Assembly (NCBI RefSeq): GCF_018977255.1
Contig: NW_024704745.1
Span: 41,106,001 to 41,170,000 of the forward strand
Direction of reading: 5' to 3'
DNA length: 64,000 nt
DNA from: Callorhinchus milii
Lineage: Eukaryota
The translations under genes and the position numbers were made by a program. Numbering within the stretch: the first letter of the stretch is position 1; every line of letters starts with the position of its first letter. Below are positions 51,601-62,595 of the stretch, piece by piece. Under the pieces are notes generated by a model, which was not told the origin of the DNA, searched no databases, and saw nothing but the letters and a program-made list of their open reading frames with translations.

Positions 51601-52400
51601 CGCCTCAGCCCGTGTGTGAAGTCACGAGGGCCGGTCTCCCGCCCCGCAAGAGTTGACACTGCGCGTGCGCGCGCCTTTACACGGCTCTGCGCGGTCGGTG
51701 GCTGTCGCCTCGTCGGGCGGTTCGCGGTCGTGAAATTGGGGAATTATGACGACTACGAAGGCCGTGTGTTTGCTGAGGGGTCACTCCTCCGTGGTCGGGA
51801 CGTGTACTTTCAAAGCAATTGTGAGTCAGGCCACGACTGTTAACAGTCATAGTAATGCCCGGGGCTGGGCGGGGGCTTCGTGTCCATAACGGAGATGGAC
51901 GCGGAGGGCAGACACGTGGCCCTTCGTTTGTTTCACTTGAAGCGCATGTGTTTGTAGCGCAAGAGCCGCCATCTTCCTAACTCCCGGTGTGTGTGTGTGT
52001 GTGGGGTGTGGGTGTGGTTCTCCTGCACGTTCCAGCTTCTTGCACGGAATCTCCCCAACTTGCCTTTTTTAAAAAAAAAGTCGGATTTTTTTTTCAGCGA
52101 AAACGTTTTGCATTGAACGCGCGGTTACACGGCGTATTGATGAGCTGCGGCCGACACCGCCAGGTCGGGTTTTAACTGACCTCAATGGTACAGTGTGTGG
52201 TGTGGTGTGTGTGTGTGTGTGTTGAACGTTGTGCACTGTTGTTCACTGCTCGAGCTCCTGTGTCGGGAGGAGCCGCCGCTTCAGAGGCCGTTATAACCGT
52301 TGATGTGAACCCGCGCGCCCGCGGCCTGGTTTTAACGGCCACCGTGGCGGGGGTTGGAGCCCGCGCCGCTCGGGCCAACCCGGTCTTTATATCACCACCG
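51590..52400 (+). promoter_or_regulatory. CpG island around exon 1 of paralog copy 5
   Basis: CpG-dense, with GC boxes (CCCGCC), an NRF1-like GCGCGTGCGC at 51661 and several YAACKG motifs in intron 1. Confidence 0.65.
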
Positions 52401-55400
52401 CCCTGTGATCGTAATAAATGACCACTTTTCGTTTGGATGGGCTGTGGCTCGTGACTTCTCCGGTCACCACACCAGCCGTGCGAGTGGCAGTGCAGTCGGT
52501 GTCCCCATCTATGGAGACAAACACAATAGGCAATTTGGACGCACAAACCATGAGGTTAGTCAGTGACTTAATTTTTTCTCGGCCACTTAAGACAGGTTGA
52601 AGCACTGGTCGACAGCTATTTGGCGAGCGGTTTAACTATTGGGGCTCGGGCGCCAGTCCGGCTTGGTCGCTGTGCTGTGGAAATTGTTGCATTTAGCTAC
52701 AAAATACACTTTAGTGCAGTCTTTGAAGCACTTTGAAATGGGTTGTGGAAGGTACTGTATCAAATGCAAAGATAATTATTGTAACCTCACCAAACTTTGA
52801 CACCTCTTGGCCAAATTGCTAGAGTGAGCTGGTTGAAATGATAATCGATGTAATGCGTAGATTTCCATGTTAAGTTATATTCTATCTGGTCACTGAGTGG
52901 CTTTTATGACAGAATTTTGTTTACAAAGCTCTGGTTCTAAGAAGGCCAAACCCAATAACTTTTCCATGGAATTATTTTGTAGGCAAATGGACACGTGGTA
53001 ATTCAAGGAGAAATCAGTGGACTGACTCCTGGAAAGCATGGAATCCATATTCATTTATATGGAGACGTTTCTGACGGTATGGACAATGTACCTATCGTAT
53101 TATGTATACATACAACCATCGTGTGAACAGTACTATTAGGGATCTGATTTAATAACTCCTAGCATGTAAAGGAAGGACATCCTTTATAAATACCCACTTG
53201 TTTTATTTTGCCTGAATTGGGTTGGTACTTTTGAGAAAACCTACTGTTTTCACCACATATTGAAAGATATTTATTTCCTCTTCCAACTCGGATATTGGCT
53301 GTGGACAGACTTGACCCTCAATGACATTTATACCACTGAAGGTTAATGCAATTCTTCCAATCAGAGATGCGGAATAGGGTCTTTAGCAGCTTATTGAGGA
53401 TGGGGAAAAGTAAACAAAAGCTTCTGTTCAGTAATTCCTGCTGGAAGATGCATATAAGTGGATATTGTCTGGAAATATGATTCGGGGCTGAAATGCAACA
53501 ATAGTCAAATAGCCCACCTTTGCCACAAACATCACTACCAAATTGTTTATAGTGAATTAATTTGGGCCACCACATTCCCCACCCCGCCCCCTGAAAAAAA
53601 ATGTAACATGTTGGTATTGTTGATGTTCATGCAAATTACTGGTTTGTTGAAGACATTTCTGAGGTTGCTATTAAGTAACAAAGACGCATTTTCCTGAGAT
53701 ACAAAACCATTTAAGTGTAAGTACTGTATTTGTTTTTAGGCTGTGCCAGTGTAGGACCTCATTACAACCCCTGTAACGAAACACACGGTGCACCACAAGA
53801 TAAAAAGAGGTGAGATTTCCTTAGGCAGTAATGTCCAAAGTGAAGAATGCAGTTCATTACTTTGATGTTTAACACTGCCTTTGTATTTAACAATGATCCA
53901 TATCATTTCATAGTACTGACTTGTACCAATAACGGAAGTTATCGAGAGCTTCAAAATTATTTTTTCCCATCATTAAATCTAATTGAACCCTGATTTTTAG
54001 CTTGCGATAATAGGCTTCAATAATATTTCATTGATTAGTTATCTCATAAAGGGAAGGAAAAGTCAAGTTATTATTGAAGCGTATTATCCCATGATTAAAA
54101 ATCACAGGATCGCTTACTGTCAAAATTAATCCCCAGCTCTATTTAATTGTAAAACATAGTTTGGCCGCTTCATAATACCACTTATCAGGGCTTTGTTTTG
54201 CAGAGTTAACCACATTTATATATCCAAATCTTTTTGAGTTAGACAAGCTAGTTAATCAACAATATCTTAGATGTCCGAGGACCTACCAGCCATGTCTGCT
54301 CTCCACCATTTCAGTCTTAGAAAGTTACCATTTACCTTTCTTTCCCCCAACCCCTTCCCTATTGGAAAATTAAGTTGTAGCCAATGGATAAGTAATACAG
54401 ATTCTCTTATTTTGAGAATCTTTAGGTTTGTCTATCGCTCTGTTAAACCTCTTCGTTGATGCCAAAGATTAGTAACTTGTGATCTGGAAATGACTCCATT
54501 TATTTAAATAAGTGGCTGCCAAAGATGGGCTTGGAAGTCAAAAAGAGCTGTCTGACCTATTAAACGCACAGTACAAGCAAGATTGTTGTAATCAACAGAT
54601 GTGTAGTTGGGTTGGTGAGCTCTGGTTTAGCTTCCAATTGAATTAAATAAAACTATATTGTTCCAGAAAACTGTCCTGAGTATACTCTAGAAATGTATTG
54701 CCTTTACAACAGCATTAGCAACAATAACTTGCATTTAAATAGCACCCTCTAAGTCGGGTGGTTTCTCAGAGCGCTTAACAATGGTGGAGGCTGAGCCAGG
54801 GGGAGGGGGAAGCTGACTGTAGGTGTGGTCGAAGAGGAAGGTCTTCAGGTGCAACCTGAAGATGGGGAAAGAGGGGGCGAAGCGTAGAAGTTGATGTGGA
54901 GTTCCAAAGTTCAGGGCATAGTAGCTGAAGGCATGGCCGCCGTTCCCGGAGCGGAGGATTTGGGGGACACGGAGGAGGCCAGACCCAGGAGAGCGGAGGC
55001 AGCGGATATTGCTGTGGGGAGAGAGGAGGTTAGAGAGATGGGGGGGTGTCAAGGAATGGAGGTGGTGTGCGGTGGTGTAGCCCTTATCTCAAGGACACCA
55101 CTTGCCCTATCCTCCTCCTCCTCTGGCTCTTTCCCCTCTTTTGAGCACCTCACCCTCTCCCACCCCTCCCATCTCTCACTTAAAATCCTCTTCCTCTTCC
55201 GGCCCCCTAAAACCTCTCCCATCTTCATCTCTGATATTTCTACCCTCCTAACATCTCTCTGCTCTGATCGCCTCATCATCCTGGGCAACTTCAACCTGCA
55301 CTTCACCCCCTCCTGCTCCATCTCCTCGGACTTCTCCCTCCTCCTCGCTCAACCTCTCCCTCCACATCAACTCCGCCGCTCACATTCATGACCACCCACT

Positions 55401-58400
55401 CGATTTGGTGATCACCCGGGGCCTCAGTGTCTCGGATGTCACCATTACCGATAAGGCCGTCTCCGATCACCACTTCATCTCCTTCACCACGTCCACCCCC
55501 CTCCCTATCTCCACCAGACCCACCACCATCTTCTACCGCCCCTGGAAGAAGTTACCCCCACAATCCCTAACTGCTGCCTTGGAGTCCTCTAAACTCCTCT
55601 CCCTCTGGCCTTCAACCCTCACTGACCCCTCTTCTGCTCTCACCCTCCTCCACAACACTCTCTCCTCCACACTCGACACTCTTGCCCCCATCACCTCCTG
55701 TACTGTCTCTTATTCTCACTCCTCCCCCTGGTTCAACACCCACCTCCGCTCACTGAAGAGCCAGGTGCGGGCTGCTGAACACACCTGCTTCAAATCTGGC
55801 CTAACGGTCCACCGGCAAATCTGGCTGGACCTCCTCAAAATCTACCCCTCCACTCTAGTCTTGGCCAAGTCGTCCTTCTACTCCAGGATAATCCTGGGGG
55901 AGAAGAACACCCCCAGACTTTTGTTCTCTACCACATCCCGACTCCTCCGTTTCCCCCCCCCCCCACCATCCCGCGCAGGTCATCTCCTCCAACCTTCACT
56001 GCGAGGAGATGCTGGATTTCTTTGAATGCAAAATCAAGGGAATTTGGTCCGCGGTCACTGCCCCTCCAACTTCCCCCCACCCTCAACCCCCTCCCTCCCA
56101 CACTCCGACTCCTACCCATCCTCCCCTATACACCTTCGAACCCGTTTCCCCACCCTCTGTCACCAAACTCATCCTGTCCTTGAAACCCACCACCTGCTCC
56201 CTGGACCCCATCCCCACTCCACTCCTTATCTCTCAGCTCCACCTCCTTGCCCCACTTCTCACAGACACCATCAACCTGATCCTCTCCTCTGGCTCCGTTC
56301 CCATTCCCCTCAAAACTGCCACCATCACTCCCACGTTGAAAATACCCTCCCTTGATGCGTCGCATATATCAAACTACCGGCCCATCTCCAACCTCCCCTT
56401 CCTGTCCAAGGTTCTCAAAAGAGTCGTCGCCTCCCAGCTGCGCTCTTTCCTCTCCACCCACTCACTTTTCGAACCCCTCCATAGCACGGAAACCGCCCTG
56501 GTCAAGGTCACCAATGACATCTTGACCATCTGCGACCAGGGCTCCCTCTGCCTCCTCGTCTTCCTCGACCTATCAGCCACATTCGATACGATTGACCACT
56601 CTATCCTCCTCCACCTCAACCTTCAAGGCCCTGTCCTTGAGTGGTTTAGGTCCTACCGCTCCCACCGTCTTCATTTTGTCTCTGCAAACGGCTTCTCCTC
56701 CAGCCCCCGCACTGTCTCGTGCGGTGTCCCTCAGGGCTCTGTCCTCAGTCCCCTCCTCTTCACCCTCTACATGCTCCCCCTTGGTGACATCATCCGCAGA
56801 CATGGAGTTAACTTCCACATGTATGCGGATGACACCCAACTCTACCTTTCCTCGTCTACCCTCAACTCCACGACCACCGATGTCCTGACAGCTGCCTGTC
56901 CGACATCGAGTCCTGGACGAGAGACAACTTTCTTCAGCTCAACGTGTGCAAAACTGAGGCCCTCCTGATTGGCTCGTGTCAGCGCCTCTGCACCTCAGGC
57001 GCTGACAGCATCAGCATTCAAGGCTGCACTCTCCACCTCTCAAAGCCGTCAGGAACCTCGGGGTTCTGTTCGACCCTGAGCTGTCCTTTCTTCCTCATAT
57101 CTGCACCACAACTGGCACCGCCTTCCATCACCTCTGGAACATCGCCAGACTACGGCACTACCTCACCCCTCACGCGGCTGAAACTCGGGTCCACGCCTTT
57201 ATCACCTCAAGGCTGGACTACGGGAACTCTCTCCTCGTCGGCCTTCCGGCACCGCCCTCCACAAGCTGCAGGTCATTCAGAACTCTGCAGCTCGTGTACT
57301 GTCCCGCACCAGGCTTCGCAACCACATCACTCCCACCCTCGCTCGCCTCCACTGGCTCCCCATCCCCCAGAGGATCGAATTCAAGATACTCATCCTCACC
57401 TACAAGGCCATTCACGGCCTTGCACCCTCCTACCTCTCCGACTTACTATCCCCCTACTTATCTGCCCGTACCCTCCATTCCTCTGGCTCCGGTCTGCTCC
57501 ACATCCCCCACCATAACCGCCCTACCATCGGTGGCCGGGCCTTCAGCCTCTCAACCCCCAGGCTCTGGAACTCCATCCCCCAGTGCCTTCGCTGCCTCCT
57601 CCCTTTCCTCCTTCAAGGCCGGTCTCAAGACCTTTCTCTTTGACCGTGCCTTCAGCTCCTCTCGACTCTCTACCCCCTCCTCGCTCCCTCCCTTCCCTCC
57701 CCTCACCCTGATCATTTCCCCCTTCTCGGGTCCTGACCCAACTGTCCAGCGCCTTGGGACGTCCTCCCGACATGAAAGGCGCTCTATAAATGCAATCTTC
57801 TTGTTGTGGAGGGATTTATAGACTAGAATGAGGATCTTGGTTGATCCGCTCTGTGACAGAGAGCCAGTGGAGTTTGGCAAGAACTGGAGTAATCGGGGTA
57901 TGAAGTTTGGTGCGGGTGAGAATGTGGGCAGCGGAGTTTTAAGTGAGCTGAATTTTGTGAATAGTGGAGGACGGGAGACAGTTGAGGAGGGCAGTGTGGT
58001 GGAGGTGGAAGAAAGTGGTGCTGGTCAGGGATTGGATGTGGGGGAGGAAGTTGCACATGGGTTCGAAGAGTTTTAAGGACAGTTCGGGTAGGTTGACGAG
58101 GTCGGAACCATGGGACAGAAGATATTGGTGGGAGCCAAAGAGTATGGCTTCCGTCTTGTTGTTTTTCCGTCTTTACTACTTGTTCTGCGTCTCCCAGTCT
58201 ATATGAAAATTAAAAGATCCCATTATAATCACATTGCTTTTGCTATGTGCTTCCCTGATTTCTATACCTCCCCCCCCACACACACACACTATATCACTAC
58301 TATCTGGAGGTCTGTGGCCAACTCCTACCAGAGTCTTACCTCCTTTGCTTTTCTTTAATTCTGCCCATAGTGTTTCCATGGCTTGATTACCCTTACTGAA

Positions 58401-60882
58401 ACCTTTTGTTTCTACTGCTGTAATTGTCTTCATCAGTCTTGCTATTACTTTCTAAAGATCTTATAGCCTGGAATATTTACTCTCAGTCATGCCCAGCTTG
58501 TAGCCAGGTCTCTGTAATGGCTACCACATCATAGCTTTTTGAGCCCGCATGAAACCGACCACCTGCTCCCTCGACCCCTCCCTACCCCTCTCCTTAACTC
58601 CCATCTGCACCTCCTTGCCCCTCTATTCACAGACATCATAAATGCCCTGTCCACTGGCACTGATCCCACCCCTCTAAAAACGGTCGTCATCACTCCTAAC
58701 CTCCACACCTCAATTTTGTTGTTTTTAATATGAATTTGTGTTTCTAACTCACTTGTTTTATTCATTATGCTACATGCATTTATGTACAGAACTCTTACTC
58801 TGGTAACTGCCCATATGCCCTGACGGTGTTTTTCTCATACTTTTTGACTTGTCACACTTCTTGTGATTACGTCCTATAACCTTTTTTCTTCCCATTGACC
58901 TTGCCAATAACCATAGGCTGCAGATCATCCAGAAAAATAGGAAGTAACTTGCCATGTCATGGCTGTTTGTGAGAGATTGCTGCATGTACATTGGATATTG
59001 CATTTCCTACAAACAATGTTTAAAGGATTTGTTCTGAATTGCCTGCCTTATTAGTTGATAGTATTGTGTTTTTCTAGCGTTGCAGGAAATTGTTTTATCA
59101 AATTGAATCCCTTCTCCTAGATTGATGGCATTCAGTGAGAATGAATTCACTTTCATAAGACAAGATCTTTGATTTAGAGAATATTTGGGTAGAAAATGTT
59201 TTTCAGTAGAGTTAGGGTTCCGCTACATTTGCCCTTCCCTTTAATTTTTTTGTGAGAAAATTGTATATTTTGCCCTGCCTTATTTCAAAGGGATATATCC
59301 CTCAAATATTTTTCTGTAGTAGGTGAAGTGTAACCTATGTTCACAGAATGCTAATGTAATAGAAACTGAAATCTTAAGTAAGCTCATGGGAATATCACAG
59401 ACGTTGTCTAGGTATACACTATTGTATTATCAGTACTTATGACTGAAGAAAAATTAAGATATTGTACTCGATTTTAGCTGTCTAAATTGTTTCAATCTAT
59501 GTAGACATGTAGGTGATCTGGGCAATGTAGAAGCTAATGAAAATGGCGTTGCCATATTTGAATTAGAAGATCGACTTCTGCGCCTAACAGGAAAACATAA
59601 TATAATTGGACGATCAGTAGTAGTAAGTATTAAAATTTTTAATTTTGGGCACTCACTGTGTATTGTCAATCCATAGAATCATGACATGTTTATGTGGCCC
59701 ATAAAGCCATGCAATGTTTACGTGGGTATTTTGTTCAACCTCTGGGGAGAAGTCAGGCTTGGCTGTGACTCCCGCTAAAGTTAAATAGCTGCCAACATTC
59801 ACTGCCAAGGATCATCTATGATGGCTTGGGAGGGGTACTGAGGACAACCAGCATTGCGGAACTGCACCCCAGCAACAGGAGAACAGCAGAGAGGCAAATG
59901 TCAGTGGGGACAAAATTAAAAAAATAATTAGTCATGCACTAAAAATGTTGGTAACATGAAAAATGAACTGTTGAGTTAGGTATTGATCCATTGCATCAAT
60001 AATGACAGATGTAGAACTGAACTTGTGTGAAGTGCTTTGAGACATCCTCCCCACATTAAAAGTGCGAAATAAATGTAAGTTGTTGCTTATTGCCACTTTG
60101 TCTAGATTGTACACCTTCTGACATTAACATTATCTTATTTCGAGATTGTAACGATCAAAGATCAAAAAGTGAGATAAGTTATGAATATAATGAATTTTAT
60201 AAAAATAGTCTGGTGAGTGAGCTTACACTGAAATTGTCTGAGGGATTTCTGTTGTGCTGCTTAAGGTTCAACCATGGAGGAAAAGCCACAAATGATCCAC
60301 TATTTAGCAGCAACATGCTTTTAAAATCAACAGAAAGTTTGTTTTTCCCCTCTGGGAAAGGGCAGCCATTGGGATTCATTTTGATTTGTTTTAGAAGGGG
60401 GTGAATTCTCTGGTAGTTGAGAATAAGTTCAGACCTGTTAAAGGTGGGAAAAGTTTGATGGGAGACACTGGTGCAGTTACAGTGTGGTAGGAATAATAGA
60501 ATCATAGAATCAAATAAAAACATACAATTTTTTTTTATCTCACTAGCTTCACTATACACTGAAATCCCTGAATAATTGCAACCATATATTTAAAACTATG
60601 CAGCTCTTAATTTGCCTCAAATAATGTAAATCAACATTGCATTCCATAGGGTTTTTTAAAAAATAAGTAATTATTCTGAGATTGTTTGATAACTTCATAA
60701 CTTTGTTGATATTTTATTCTAAAATCTTTTAGTGGAATATAGAGATACTGGTGTATCTTTTTTCCTTTATAAAGGTTCATCAGAATGAAGATGACTTGGG
60801 TAAAGGTAACAATGAAGAAACCCACATAACAGGAAATGTTGGAGAAGGAATTGCCTGGGGTATAATTGGAATAGATAACTAA
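51746..60882 (+). CDS. SOD1-like paralog (copy 5), 5 exons, 154 aa
   Basis: Exons 51746-51820, 52983-53076, 53740-53809, 59505-59622, 60775-60882, all GT-AG. Protein [160 protein letters not shown] at 60985 and 61641. Confidence 0.93.
54722..55060 (-). mobile_element. L2 3' fragment abutting the long L2 in opposite orientation
   Basis: Minus-strand translation includes [11 protein letters not shown], typical of the L2 ORF2 C-terminus. Confidence 0.8.
55065..57805 (+). mobile_element. L2-clade LINE, 5'-truncated and frameshifted (endonuclease remnant, reverse transcriptase, 3' tail), in intron 3 of copy 5
   Basis: Fragments [17 protein letters not shown] (APE endonuclease), then [35 protein letters not shown] and YADD (56822-56833). 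Ends in the L2 tail GGGACGTCCTCCCGACATGAAAGGCGCT...TTGTTG. Boundaries approximate. Confidence 0.93.
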
Positions 60883-61884
60883 ATATGTGTCCCAAAAGTC
60901 TAACTGCACTGTTTGTAGTGTTGTTAGTAGATTTAAATTTCTCCATTGTTATTGAACAGCAACTGGTTCAAAATGGGTTTTTAAAATAAATCTGTCTGCT
61001 AGTGTGGCATGTTTTAGAAATGAAACTTTTTTTAAAACAAATTAAGGTTTCCTTTGACATCTCTTTGACTTTTATTTTTTTAATTTGAATGTGTGATAAG
61101 TTACGAAGTCCAGCATGTACACAGATAGAAACAGCATAATTTAGTTAATTGCATTATACTGTTGAATTTGATCAATCTTTTAAACTAATAGCAAAATATT
61201 ATTTAAACAATGAAAGGGAACAGTATATTGATCATAAGATCTCTTGATCCTATTCAAAGAAGTGAACTTCTCCTGATACCTGGTCAACAAGCCTTCTAGT
61301 TAATTGATTATTCATCTTATGGCTGTTGAGACCTTATTGATGTGAAATGGCAACTGCATTTACCTGGAAAAAAGCTCCCATACTTGTGGTGTAATTTGAC
61401 ATTTCCAGTCTGATGAGATGGTATACCAATGCAACTTATTTTTACTGTCATAATGGGTCAGTTTTTTTAAAATAAGAGTCCTCATTGTATAACTCCCATC
61501 TTTAACTAATATTGAAAAGTACATGCTGTTCATATTAAAATGTTCAACTGATTTTACAAGACTATTTTAAGCTTAAATATTTGAGTCCACCATATTTTTT
61601 AATGCATGTAATAGATACAAATATTTATCTGTAAAAGACAAATAAAAGCTCACATTGCAGTTTGTCATTTGGTTCATGTTTGTAAATTACATCAAATTGT
61701 CTTCATTCTTGAAATTTAATGGTCCACATCCACATACTGCTGGAATGAGTTTATCCAGTGGATTGGATGAGGGCAAAAAAAAATTAAGCATACTCCATTT
61801 AAGAAATGTTAATATCAAATTTGACTCTCTTCTATCCCTCTTCATGCAGGAATATGTGTGCCTTTAGTGTTTTTTCGTTCTATT

Positions 61885-62595
61885 CTGACCTCCTCAACCT
61901 CTCCGTTCTATCCCGCAGACTTACCGAGCCAGTGCACAATCTAGGCGTCAGGTTCGATCCACAGCTGTCCTTCCTTCCCCACTGCCTTCGTCCACCTTTG
62001 CCACATTGCCTGCCTCCGACTGTACCTTATCTCAGGCACAGCCAAAACACTCGTCCATGAGTTCGTCACCTCCCGACTCCAAATGCGCTCTTTTCCGGTT
62101 TCCCTAGTTCCATCGTGTACAGGATCCAGCTGATTCAAAACTCCTCCGCCAGCATACTCGCCCGACTAAACGCTCTACCCCTATCGCACCAGTTCTAGCC
62201 TGGCTCCCTATCGCCGAATGGATCGCTTTCAAGATGCTCACTCTCGTGTTCAAATCCCTTCATGCCCTGGCACCTCCCTACCTCCACCTGCTCACCCCAA
62301 GGCACAAGCAGCTGCCTCCACTGACTAGCTCCTGCCTTCTGCATGTCGCTCATGCCCTCCGTTTCACCATTGTTGGCCACACTTTCAGCCACTATGCCCC
62401 GAAACTCTGGAACACACTTCCTCTATCCCTCCACATTGCCCCTTCCTTCTCTATCTTCAAGTTGCGCCTGAAGACCTTCCTATTCGACCATGCCTACAGT
62501 CACTCACCTCTCCCTGGCTCAGTTTTGTGCGCCGCCATTGTCGAGCGCTCTGGGATGCTACCCTGCATGAGGGACGCTATATAATGCAAGTTGTG
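61885..62595 (+). mobile_element. L2 3' fragment
   Basis: [33 protein letters not shown]. Confidence 0.87.

Noticed and set aside
56009-56968. Active reverse transcriptase gene
   Set aside because: It is part of a 5'-truncated L2 with several frameshifts and small deletions.
24482-60882. Paralogs as processed or dead pseudogenes, or haplotype/assembly duplicates
   Set aside because: They keep introns, open frames and canonical splice sites, and they are far too divergent from each other to be alleles. Expression still needs confirming.
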